A stretch of 64,000 nt of DNA from a virus (Duplodnaviria > Heunggongvirae > Uroviricota > Caudoviricetes), in the IMG/VR virus record IMGVR_UViG_3300044858_003749. One strand, given 5' to 3'. The notes beneath the pieces were generated by a model. That model saw only the letters and a list, made by a program, of their open reading frames with translations, ran no database searches and had not been told where the DNA came from. This document shows, one piece after another, positions 41,107 through 49,335 of this stretch; position 1 is the stretch's first letter; every line of letters starts with the position of its first letter. Both the position numbers and the translations under genes were made by a program.

Positions 41107-41536
41107 ATCTTATTTGAAACCTCGCATTTTGGACCAAGCAATCGCTGTGGCTATGGTAAGTAACGGATCTAAAAGAATTGGTGCGATTCTTCTTAAAAAG
41201 AATAAGATTGTCGCGGCAGCCTGTAACAATTACGACAAATCAGATGCGTTTCAATTTAGGGCTTCCCAAAGAGCCTCTATCATATACAATAAACCAGAAT
41301 ATTCAAAACGTGTTTACGGGCACGCTGAAACCCTGGCTCTTAAAAAAATTAACGATGGTGACGCTGATACGATTGTAGTTTGCAGACTTTCTGGTAAACA
41401 CAATTCTAAAAAACTGAGATTGGCTAGACCATGTAGAATTTGTTCTCATCTTATTCAAAATTTCTACCCCTCAATTCGGTATATCCATTATTCCACCGAA
41501 AGAGGATTTTTCTACGAGACTTGGGGTCTTATCTAA
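41093..41536 (+). CDS. cytidine/deoxycytidylate-deaminase-fold zinc enzyme (dCMP deaminase or TadA-like)
   Basis: Zinc-binding signature 'HAE' followed by 'PCRICSHL' (PCxxC). Confidence 0.6.
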   Translation: MIVLESYLKPRILDQAIAVAMVSNGSKRIGAILLKKNKIVAAACNNYDKSDAFQFRASQRASIIYNKPEYSKRVYGHAETLALKKINDGDADTIVVCRLSGKHNSKKLRLARPCRICSHLIQNFYPSIRYIHYSTERGFFYETWGLI

Positions 41537-41802
41537 TGAAAAAACTTTCTCTTAAAGAAACTCACACTCTTTTGAAGAAATACAATCATGTTATTTTTGA
41601 CGAAGAAACCTCTGGGTTAAATTCAAAACTTAATGACGATGGGTTAATTATTACGTTAAAAAGTGGTAACAATAAGAGTGTTATGTTGTTTCCCCATGAA
41701 AAAAATGAGTCTGTTGAGATCACTAAAACCACAGTAACTCTTTATGATAGTATGGGTTGGGTTCATAATTTCATCCCCCTTATGAATGCCGACTTGATTT
41801 GA
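41536..41802 (+). CDS. hypothetical protein
   Basis: ATG overlapping the deaminase stop (track ORF 41440..41802). Confidence 0.35.
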   Translation: MKKLSLKETHTLLKKYNHVIFDEETSGLNSKLNDDGLIITLKSGNNKSVMLFPHEKNESVEITKTTVTLYDSMGWVHNFIPLMNADLI

Positions 41803-41808
41803 ATTATT

Positions 41809-42135
41809 ATGAGTAATTATGAGCTAGCGAGGAGACGTAACACTCCACCAGAAGCATTATCACGTCTGGCTAATGATAAGGATTCTTATGTTCGTCGTGG
41901 GGTTGCATGGAATCCCAAGACCCCTCTAGAAACCTTAGATCGTCTGGCTAATGATAAGGATTCTTGGGTTCGTGGTGAGGTTGCATTTAATCCCAACACA
42001 CCACCAGAAGTTTTAGAACGTCTGGCTAATGACGAGTATCGGTATGTTCGTCGTTTGGTTGCCAAAAATCCCAACACGCCACAATACATTAGAACATATC
42101 TTAAAATTACCGAGGTTTTGAATTATTATGAGTAA
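41809..42135 (+). CDS. LRV/HEAT-like repeat protein (member J)
   Basis: Starts 'MSNYELARRRNTPPE'. 3 repeats plus cap. Confidence 0.7.
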   Translation: MSNYELARRRNTPPEALSRLANDKDSYVRRGVAWNPKTPLETLDRLANDKDSWVRGEVAFNPNTPPEVLERLANDEYRYVRRLVAKNPNTPQYIRTYLKITEVLNYYE

Positions 42136-42454
42136 TTATGAGCTAGCAGATAATCCCAACACCCCACCAGAAACATTAGAAAGTCTAGCGAATGACGATA
42201 ATTGGTATGTTCGTAGCTGTGTGGCATTTAATCCCAACACACCACCAGAAGCTTTAGAACGTCTGGCTGATGATGAGGATTTAAATGTTCGTTATTATGT
42301 TGCAAGAAATCCCAACACATTACCAGAAACCTTAGCTCGTCTGGCTAAGGATGAGGATTGTCGTGTTCGTCGTTGGGTTGCAAGAAATCCTAACACACCA
42401 CAATACATCAAAGATTATCTTAAAATCAAGGGGTTTTTGGGTTGTTATGAGTAA
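42128..42454 (+). CDS. LRV/HEAT-like repeat protein (member K)
   Basis: Overlaps the 'YYE*' of member J. 3 repeats. Confidence 0.7.
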   Translation: MSNYELADNPNTPPETLESLANDDNWYVRSCVAFNPNTPPEALERLADDEDLNVRYYVARNPNTLPETLARLAKDEDCRVRRWVARNPNTPQYIKDYLKIKGFLGCYE

Positions 42455-42626
42455 TATTGAACTAGCAGGAAATCCCAACACACCACCAGAAACCTTAGAT
42501 CTTCTGGCTAATGATAATATTTGGAATGTTCGTTATTTGGTTGCAAAAAATCCCAACACTCCACAATACATTAGAACATACCTTAAACTTCAAAGGACGA
42601 TTGGTGGACTGTCCACAAGAAGTTGA
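42447..42626 (+). CDS. LRV/HEAT-like repeat protein (member L, single repeat, 59 aa)
   Basis: Starts 'MSNIELAGNPNTPPETLD'. ATG at 42447 (track ORF 42351..42626). Confidence 0.55.
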   Translation: MSNIELAGNPNTPPETLDLLANDNIWNVRYLVAKNPNTPQYIRTYLKLQRTIGGLSTRS

Positions 42627-42651
42627 CAAACCAGGGATCTTGTGGTACTAT
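42623..42651 (+). promoter_or_regulatory. consensus sigma70-like promoter TTGACA-17nt-TACTAT (TGTGG upstream of -10)
   Basis: TTGACA at 42623-28, a 17-nt spacer, then TACTAT at 42646-51. Confidence 0.45.
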
Positions 42652-42699
42652 TATTGAGTAGTGGGGAGTTACTCTTTTTATGATAACTTGAGATTTATG

Positions 42700-42790
42700 T
42701 TATGGGCTCTGCCCCGGCAGTGGCCTTCTAAGCCATTCCATTAAACGCCGGAAGGACGGTACGATGTTCGATTCATCCAGAGCCTGCTAA
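42700..42790 (+). ncRNA. candidate structured small RNA (tRNA-like 3' half with a T-arm-like GTTCGATTC)
   Basis: GGCTCTG (42705-11) pairs with CAGAGCC (42778-84). An internal T-arm-like hairpin 'GATG-TTCGATT-CATC' and the pairs CCGGC/GCCGG and CCTTC/GAAGG are present. No ORF, and it lies about 50 nt downstream of the promoter. Confidence 0.3.
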
Positions 42791-43153
42791 ATGAAATAAC
42801 TTATAGTTATTTACTAATCACACCTCATTGGAGATATGATGCTCGGTTATTTAAAAAATGAGTTGAAGGCCAATCCTTAAACTGTCACACTAGACTTTGT
42901 TACAGCTAGACTTCGTGTTATGCTTTACTTGCGAAACAATTCAACCCACCATTAATAAAAAATGATTGTTCGTTTTCTTGGAATTACAGTTGGTATTTCT
43001 ATCATTCTGTTTATTCTTTTTCTGAGAGGACTTCCGGTTCTTATTCTGTTGAAAGCAGTTCCTCTCATTGTCCTACTCCTGATTGGAGCTGCTTTCATCT
43101 ATGCCGGAGTTACCTCCGATTAATCCTGTTCTTTATTCTTTTTTAAAAACATT

Positions 43154-43963
43154 ATGTCTCTCGTAAAAGTTGGTATTGGTGCTGGAGCACTTCTTGGAGT
43201 TATTCTGCTTACTGCTGGACAATTCACAACTATTAACACTGGTGAAAATGGATTATACATCGGATTTGATGGCCAGGTAAAAAATGAGATCCTTACTCCT
43301 GGTATCAAATATGATGGTCTAGGATCTATTAAAGTCTTCAACACCCGTAAGATTACTGTTACAGCAAATGATCTTCGTCCTAAAACAAAGGACAATACGA
43401 TTATGAAGGAGATGGATGTGACTGTAACTTACAGTATCAATCCTACTTCTCTGTATGAGTTCTATACGAATTATGATCTTACTAATCACGCAATTGGTGA
43501 TGGTGGACAAGTTCAATTGATGTCTAGTTATATCTCTCGTCTGATTACATCCTCTGTTAATCAGTCGGTTGACGAGTTTCCTGCTCTTGCAGTAAATTCA
43601 AACTTGGAACAAATCCAAGACACTATTAAGAATAATCTTTCAGGTGCACTCAAGAAGAACGGTCTGGAAGGTAAGATTACTATTGATTCAATTATCGTAG
43701 GTAAAGCCGACCTTCCCGATGACCTTGTTGCTTCTGTGAATCGTGTGGTTGCCGCCCAGTCTGCTAACAAAGAGCAACAAGTAAGGACTGAAACTGCTCA
43801 GTTGAAAGCGGAGGAAAACAAAGCTCTAGCATCTACAGTATCGTCACAATCACTTGAGTACCAAAGGAACGAAATTCTTCGTGCCGCGATGGAGAACGGA
43901 AGCATCCAGAAAATGCTTATTGTGAATGGTACGCCTCTTCAGTTCTTCCCAACTGACAAATAA
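43154..43963 (+). CDS. SPFH/Band-7 (prohibitin/HflC-like) membrane protein
   Basis: N-terminal TM segment, then 'TINTGENGLYIGFDGQV...YDGLGSIKVFNTRKITV', typical of the SPFH fold. Confidence 0.6.
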   Translation: MSLVKVGIGAGALLGVILLTAGQFTTINTGENGLYIGFDGQVKNEILTPGIKYDGLGSIKVFNTRKITVTANDLRPKTKDNTIMKEMDVTVTYSINPTSLYEFYTNYDLTNHAIGDGGQVQLMSSYISRLITSSVNQSVDEFPALAVNSNLEQIQDTIKNNLSGALKKNGLEGKITIDSIIVGKADLPDDLVASVNRVVAAQSANKEQQVRTETAQLKAEENKALASTVSSQSLEYQRNEILRAAMENGSIQKMLIVNGTPLQFFPTDK

Positions 43964-43968
43964 AAACT

Positions 43969-44005
43969 GATTGGTGATGATGGTTAAAATAATACTAACC
44001 ATCAT
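43969..44005 (+). terminator. strong hairpin terminator (14-bp perfect stem)
   Basis: GGTGATGATGGTTA, a 9-nt loop, then TAACCATCATCACC, followed by a T-rich tract. Confidence 0.55.
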
Positions 44006-44034
44006 CACCCTTACGTTTCATAATTATTTTTATA

Positions 44035-44421
44035 ATGAACTTCTTCAATAAAAACAAAAATAAAGATAAAGACACAACTCCAGAATGGGTCAAAGGTGTA
44101 TGCGTGTTTCTTGAAATTCAAGAAATCCCCGAGTGTAAAGATTGGGGTGTCGTTAATTCCTGTATTCTAATGGTAATTATGTCAGAATTTCCCGGACAAT
44201 ACATTGAAGATCATTGGGTTAATTTAAGAAATGGGAGTTCTTTATTAACCACAAGGTCATTTTTAGCTAGAGTCTTTATGACTGTTGCTACGAAAAAGTA
44301 CAAAAAAGAATCATCTATTGAAAATAATCTTTTCAATGTTGGGTTAGAATATAGCCGACTCCGGGATAACTTCAGAAACAAATTCTACGAGGCAGTAAAC
44401 TATGGAAACACACGAGATTGA
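44035..44421 (+). CDS. hypothetical protein
   Basis: 128-aa ORF. Confidence 0.35.
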   Translation: MNFFNKNKNKDKDTTPEWVKGVCVFLEIQEIPECKDWGVVNSCILMVIMSEFPGQYIEDHWVNLRNGSSLLTTRSFLARVFMTVATKKYKKESSIENNLFNVGLEYSRLRDNFRNKFYEAVNYGNTRD

Positions 44422-44821
44422 AAATAAATTTTGGGACCTTGAATCTAATCTAAATGAGATTGAATCCAATTATTTGGATCTTGAAGAGCAGTTAGCACAT
44501 TTTGTTACAGATTCGCTTCTACTTATTGAAAACTTAGATCTTGAATCTTTGGCAATACCAATATTCGCTCAGAGTCTTATTATTCGTAATTACCGAGATT
44601 ACAAATATCAAGATTTATTAAAAAAATTACTGGTATCTAAAAATTTCACACCAGGCCTAATATACCGCACAAGAGAAATTTTTACAGAAAAAGAGTTTGA
44701 ACCTTTTTTACAATACTTACTACAAAATCCAAATTTAGACCAGTATGCAAGAGAATACTACACCAACCTAAAAAAATCTTATGACCGAAGACTTACTAGG
44801 GAACAAACTAAAAAAGCTTGA
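44402..44821 (+). CDS. hypothetical protein
   Basis: 139-aa ORF. Confidence 0.35.
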   Translation: METHEIENKFWDLESNLNEIESNYLDLEEQLAHFVTDSLLLIENLDLESLAIPIFAQSLIIRNYRDYKYQDLLKKLLVSKNFTPGLIYRTREIFTEKEFEPFLQYLLQNPNLDQYAREYYTNLKKSYDRRLTREQTKKA

Positions 44822-45551
44822 GCAACTGGAGGCTGGGCGTTATGCCGATCCTTTTCTTCCACTCATGGCCAGAATTGATGGTAAGTGCTTCAGTAATTTC
44901 ACTAGAAGTCTAAAACGTCCTTATGACGAGAGATTTATTCGGCTTATGATAGCAACGACAAAATATCTTGTTGAAGAAAGTGAGGCTATTTTAGGTTATT
45001 GCCAATCTGATGAAATTACTCTTTATTGGTACTTAGATAAAGAAAACTTTTCCAATAGAGAATTCTGGTTTCGTGGTAAGTTTCAGAAATTAACTTCTGT
45101 CTTAGCCTCAACTGCTAGCTCTTATTTTTGTGGTAATCTCGCACATTATTTACCAGAAAAGACTGGTAACTATCCAACCTTTGATACAAGAGTTTGGAGT
45201 GTTCCCGATTTGGAATGCGTTTATGAGAATTTTCTATGGCGGTTTAAGGATGCGAGAAAAAATTCTGTATCCATGTATGCAAGACATTTCTTTTCACCAA
45301 ACCAGCTTTTTAAAAAGTCCTGTGAAGAAATGAAAGAAATGTTAGCGGTTATTCGTAGGCCGTGGGAAGAATTACCTAAATTCTTTACCGATGGGACGTA
45401 TATTAAAAGACAAAAATTCTTATTGTCTCCTTATGATCCTAGATGGAATGACGTTCCCTCTCAATACCGGCCAACAAAACCTGTTGAGCGTACATTGGTT
45501 TCCGTTTGGGAACCAGAGACAACGGTATCACTTGATTGGTTCACTTATTAA
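44781..45551 (+). CDS. Thg1-like tRNA(His) guanylyltransferase / 3'-5' nucleotidyltransferase
   Basis: Motif 'LMARIDGKCFSNFT...KRPYDERF...YCQSDEITLYW' matches the Thg1 pattern (vRiDG.nF, kP.DeR, sDEis). Confidence 0.65.
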   Translation: MTEDLLGNKLKKLEQLEAGRYADPFLPLMARIDGKCFSNFTRSLKRPYDERFIRLMIATTKYLVEESEAILGYCQSDEITLYWYLDKENFSNREFWFRGKFQKLTSVLASTASSYFCGNLAHYLPEKTGNYPTFDTRVWSVPDLECVYENFLWRFKDARKNSVSMYARHFFSPNQLFKKSCEEMKEMLAVIRRPWEELPKFFTDGTYIKRQKFLLSPYDPRWNDVPSQYRPTKPVERTLVSVWEPETTVSLDWFTY

Positions 45552-45598
45552 ACTGGCACATCAGAAACCCGCTGACGCCTCTTGTGGTCTACAATAAT
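45549..45598 (+). repeat. 50-nt intergenic repeat, copy 1 (AAACTGGCAC...TTGTGGTCTACAATAATC)
   Basis: Near-identical to 45884-45933, with 2 mismatches. Confidence 0.6.
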
Positions 45599-45622
45599 CT
45601 CACATTCAAAAAGGAAAAATTG

Positions 45623-45871
45623 ATGGCCAGTGTTGATGCAAAAGATTTGATGAATACACTCAGTAATATCTGGGTTGTAGAGTTCCGTGAGAGTGAGCTT
45701 GGTTGGGGTAGTCATACTTGGACTTTAATGTTTGACAATTATACAGAAGCTTCAAATGTAGTAAAAAACACTAACAAGGAAAATATTTCTAACACAGCCC
45801 CTGATTATTATATTCAGGCAAACCAACCAAAATTGTTTGCAGATTATTATAAATTCAAACTGAGTTGCTAA
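45623..45871 (+). CDS. hypothetical protein
   Basis: ATG with RBS AAGGAAA (track ORF 45536..45871). Confidence 0.35.
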   Translation: MASVDAKDLMNTLSNIWVVEFRESELGWGSHTWTLMFDNYTEASNVVKNTNKENISNTAPDYYIQANQPKLFADYYKFKLSC

Positions 45872-45883
45872 GACCAATTCTTA

Positions 45884-45933
45884 AACTGGCACACCAGAAA
45901 CCCGCTGACGCCTCTTGTGGTCTACAATAATCT
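45884..45933 (+). repeat. 50-nt intergenic repeat, copy 2
   Basis: See copy 1 at 45549-45598. Confidence 0.6.
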
Positions 45934-46131
45934 TACACAAACAGTCAACACCATGCACACCATAGAACTTTTTACTTTTAAAGACGCTATACATCTTTTT
46001 AACATAGAAATGCAGATTGTTCCCATTGCTGGAGATTATATTAAGTATAATTACATCTTATACAAAGTTATTGAAAGAGGTTTTGAAGTTTTTCCGGCTA
46101 CAACTATTCGTCTTTACGTAGAAGAAACCAA

Positions 46132-46749
46132 ATGAATTACACCGAAGAACAAGTTAAAGAAATCGTCAGAAATGTCATTTCTGAGATGCAATCTGTAAAT
46201 GTTAAGGATCTTACACTTTACCAAAAAAGGGGTGTTGCAAGAAATCCCAATACAGCACCAGAAGTCTTAGACCGTCTGGCTAATGATAAGGATTCTTATG
46301 TTCGTTGGCAGGTTGCAGAAAATCCCAACACACCACCAGAGACCTTAGAACGTCTGGCTAATGATGACGATTATTGTGTTCGTTGGAGTGTTGCATTTAA
46401 TCCCAACACACCACCAGAAACATTAGCTCGTCTAGCTAATGATGTGGATTATTGTGTTCGTACGCCGGTTGCATTTAATCCCAACACACCACCAGAAGTT
46501 TTAGAACGTCTGGCTAATGATAACGATTCTGTGGTTCGTTATTATGTTGCAAGAAATCCCAACACATTAACAGAAACTTTAGAACGTTTGGCTAATGATA
46601 AGAGTTCTTCTGTTCGTGAATGTGTTGTACAAAATCCTAACTACAAACGGAAATCCAACAATAAGATCACTATTGAGCTTACAGAAGAACAGTTGTCTCA
46701 ATTACGAAAATGTGCAGACATGTTCTCTGGTCTTTTAGGATCTGTATAA
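46132..46749 (+). CDS. LRV/HEAT-like repeat protein (member M, 5 repeats, distinct N- and C-termini)
   Basis: Repeats 'NPNTPPETLERLANDDDYCVRWSVAF'. The C-terminus 'NPNYKRK...' is shared with member N. Confidence 0.7.
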   Translation: MNYTEEQVKEIVRNVISEMQSVNVKDLTLYQKRGVARNPNTAPEVLDRLANDKDSYVRWQVAENPNTPPETLERLANDDDYCVRWSVAFNPNTPPETLARLANDVDYCVRTPVAFNPNTPPEVLERLANDNDSVVRYYVARNPNTLTETLERLANDKSSSVRECVVQNPNYKRKSNNKITIELTEEQLSQLRKCADMFSGLLGSV

Positions 46750-46776
46750 CCTTACTACCATCGTATAAAAATTATT

Positions 46777-47031
46777 ATGGAAAAACTAAAATTCGTTGAA
46801 ACCATTCTTGATCGGCTACAAGAATATTCTATATCTCATCCACAACATGATACAGATGATGTGCTTAGCAAAGCACGAAAAGAACTTGAAAAACTTAATA
46901 AAAATTATGTTTTGATTGAAAACACTGAACATATTAAACTTTTGGACAATCAACGCACTCTTTATGCTCTTCATCGTGGTGGTGTTGATAATTGGGAATG
47001 GTATGACGAGTCTTTGAGCAGTTTGGACTGA
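46777..47031 (+). CDS. hypothetical protein
   Basis: 84-aa ORF. Confidence 0.35.
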   Translation: MEKLKFVETILDRLQEYSISHPQHDTDDVLSKARKELEKLNKNYVLIENTEHIKLLDNQRTLYALHRGGVDNWEWYDESLSSLD

Positions 47032-47202
47032 CACTTTCAGAACCGTCCACAACCGCTTGACAATCCAGCCAATCCATGGTAGATTGAACAAGTTCAAAGA
47101 TGAGGCAGCAATTCCTTTCTTCTGCAAATAGAAACAAAACTCATCTTGTATTAAGTTGATTCCGCATCAACAACAGCAAAAACATCAACTTGGAGATTAA
47201 TT

Positions 47203-48666
47203 ATGACTTTTATGCAAGCTCTTTCTTCTGAAATGAACGTAACCACCACCGCTAATGGTGCCAAGGCTTACGAATCAACCGAAAATGAATGTCTTGATCT
47301 TTTCGGTTCAATTGGTGCCTGTCGCAATAATATGTCTTTGGCTGAACGGTTGTTCTTTAATGCTTATAACCAACACCCAGAAACTGCCGCTAGAATTCTC
47401 TTCTACTCCCGCGATATTCGTGGAGCTAGTCAAGGTGAGCGAGCCGTATTTCGGGCTCTTATGCCGAAGTTCGCACAAAAGAATCCGACTGTTGCAAAAA
47501 AACTTGTTTCTTTGATTCCTTATTATGGCCGATGGGATGATCTTCTATGTCTAGAAGGAACTCCTGTTTGGACAGAGGCTCTAGAAACTATTAAAGTTCA
47601 ACTTAATGCAGATCTTAATAACAATAAGGTTTCTCTGGCAGCAAAATGGATGCCTAGTATCAATGCTTCAAGCAAAGAAAGCAAGCGTCTTGGTCGGATG
47701 ATTGCGAATCATATGGGTTGGTCTGAACGACAGTATCGTAAGAATCTTTCTACTCTTCGGGCGAAAATTAACATTGTTGAAACTCCGATGTGTGCCAAAG
47801 AGTGGGGACTTATCAATTATGAGAATCTTCCTTCTCGTGCGGCGATGATGTACCGCAAAGCCTTTAAAAAGCACGATGAGACCCGATATAATAACTATCT
47901 CTCTAGTGTAGAGAAAGGTGAAGCGAAGATCAATGCTGGGACTCTGTTTCCTTATGATATTGTGAGCAAGTACCTCTACAAAGGTGCTCATAATGATAAA
48001 ACTCTTGAGCTTCAATGGGATGCTCTTCCTAATTATATGGAAGGACTAGAGTTTAATGGTCTTGTTGTTGCAGACGTTTCAGGATCAATGACTTGCGCTG
48101 CTGGTATGCCATTGGCCGTTTCTATCTCACTTGCGATGTATATTGCCGAAAGAAATCCTTCAAGCGTTTGGAAAAATAAGTTCATCACTTTTTCTCAAAA
48201 TCCAAAACTTCAATCTATTCTTGGTAATAATATTGAAGAGAAAATTAGGTATCTCCAACGTGCTGAATGGGGAGTTAATACTGATCTAATGGCAGTATTC
48301 CGTACTGTTCTTGATGCTGCAACCAATAATAATGTTGCACAATCAGATATGCCCCAGAAGCTAATTATCGTTTCCGATATGCAATTTGATAAGGCTTGTG
48401 CCTCAAATAAGCGAACTAATTTTGAGCAGATTCAGAAACTTTATCGTAAGGCTGGTTATGAAATGCCAGAACTCGTATTCTGGAATGTAAATGCTGGTGC
48501 AAATGTTCCAATTCAGGCCGATGATAATGGAACCTGTCTTGTTTCGGGATGTAGTCCTGCTATTCTAAAGAGTGTTCTTAGTGGTAAAATCGTTTCTCCT
48601 ATTGATGTTATGATGGAAAGTCTTTATGTGGAACGATACGCTCCTATTGGTGAAGCGTTTGCATAA
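47203..48666 (+). CDS. von Willebrand factor A (vWA) domain protein, DUF2828-like
   Basis: MIDAS motif 'LVVADVSGSM'. The N-terminal 'TTANGAKAYESTENECLDLFGSIGACR' block resembles phage/eukaryotic vWA-containing DUF2828 proteins. Confidence 0.55.
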   Translation: MTFMQALSSEMNVTTTANGAKAYESTENECLDLFGSIGACRNNMSLAERLFFNAYNQHPETAARILFYSRDIRGASQGERAVFRALMPKFAQKNPTVAKKLVSLIPYYGRWDDLLCLEGTPVWTEALETIKVQLNADLNNNKVSLAAKWMPSINASSKESKRLGRMIANHMGWSERQYRKNLSTLRAKINIVETPMCAKEWGLINYENLPSRAAMMYRKAFKKHDETRYNNYLSSVEKGEAKINAGTLFPYDIVSKYLYKGAHNDKTLELQWDALPNYMEGLEFNGLVVADVSGSMTCAAGMPLAVSISLAMYIAERNPSSVWKNKFITFSQNPKLQSILGNNIEEKIRYLQRAEWGVNTDLMAVFRTVLDAATNNNVAQSDMPQKLIIVSDMQFDKACASNKRTNFEQIQKLYRKAGYEMPELVFWNVNAGANVPIQADDNGTCLVSGCSPAILKSVLSGKIVSPIDVMMESLYVERYAPIGEAFA

Positions 48667-48734
48667 TTAAATTTCTTAAGATGGTTCAGCAATTCTCATA
48701 TGTTTTGGGTACATAAAAGACCATCTTGTTTAAA

Positions 48735-48848
48735 GAGCGAGTAGCTCAGGGGTAGAGCAACGTAATAACAAATCTCGTTTGAGATTTTAACAGCAATCAA
48801 AACCGCATGTTAAGCCGTAGGCCCCAGGTTCAAATCCTGGCTCGCTCA
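48735..48848 (+). tRNA. tRNA-like gene with ~40-nt insertion in the anticodon region (class II-like; anticodon unresolved)
   Basis: Acceptor GAGCGAG/CTCGCTC, D-arm GCTC-AGGGGTA-GAGC, T-arm CCAGG-TTCAAAT-CCTGG. It is 114 nt long. A stem AACGT/ATGTT flanks a 43-nt loop plus insertion. A possible short variable hairpin is GCC-GTA-GGC. Confidence 0.45.
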
Positions 48849-48958
48849 TCAGATGATTCAGCAATTATCTCTTCGCTAGGAAAACAAAATCATCTAGTTA
48901 AACAATTTTATCAATTCTCAAAAAATGTTCAATTTCGTTATTAATACTAAATAACCAA

Positions 48959-49032
48959 CAGCGGGCGAGTGTAACGGTAGTCACGTCGGGCTCATAACCC
49001 GGAGGAATATGGGTTCAATTCCCAGGTCCGCC
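48959..49032 (+). tRNA. tRNA-Met (CAT), initiator-like
   Basis: Anticodon loop CTCATAA. Three consecutive G:C pairs close the anticodon stem (GGG/CCC). There is a 1:72 A·C mismatch. The T-loop is TTCAATT. Confidence 0.6.
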
Positions 49033-49098
49033 ATCAGATGATTCAGCAATTTCAAAACTTCTTATTGGTTAGAAAAACAAAAATCATCTAGTCTTATT

Positions 49099-49219
49099 AC
49101 GAGAGTAGCCCAATTGGTTGAGGTGAGCGTAAGAAACAAAAATGATCTAGACAGATCATTCAGCAATAATACACTTTCTAAGGAACGCTTTGATGTCAGT
49201 TCAAATCTGACCTCTCGTA
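49099..49219 (+). tRNA. tRNA-like gene with ~47-nt insertion in the anticodon loop (anticodon unresolved)
   Basis: Acceptor ACGAGAG/CTCTCGT, T-arm GTCAG-TTCAAAT-CTGAC. A perfect anticodon stem AGCGT/ACGCT encloses 54 nt. It is 121 nt long. Confidence 0.45.
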
Positions 49220-49335
49220 TTTGGTAGTCGCTAGACACATAGCCTAGAAAGACGCCATATTTTCATTATAAATACAACCAACAGACTTTAACACTACAAA
49301 ACGATCACTTAGTCTGTGTGATCTGAAAGAAACAA

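Larger units (their letters stand above)
48679..49168 (+). repeat. family of 5 hairpin-'TCAGCAAT' elements flanking or inside the tRNA genes
   Basis: Copies at 48679-48727, 48851-48896 and 49035-49094 are intergenic. Copies at 48772-48797 and 49139-49168 lie inside tRNA-like genes. Stems show compensatory changes (AGATGGT/ACCATCT, AGATGAT/ATCATCT, AATGATCT/AGATCATT). Confidence 0.5.

Noticed and set aside
48735-48848. Alternative fold of the first tRNA as tRNA-Asn(GUU) with the insert between the D-arm and anticodon arm
   Set aside because: It requires a C·C mismatch in the anticodon stem and an insertion at position 26/27, where no splicing or processing is known. The anticodon-loop-insertion fold is more consistent with the second insert-bearing gene.
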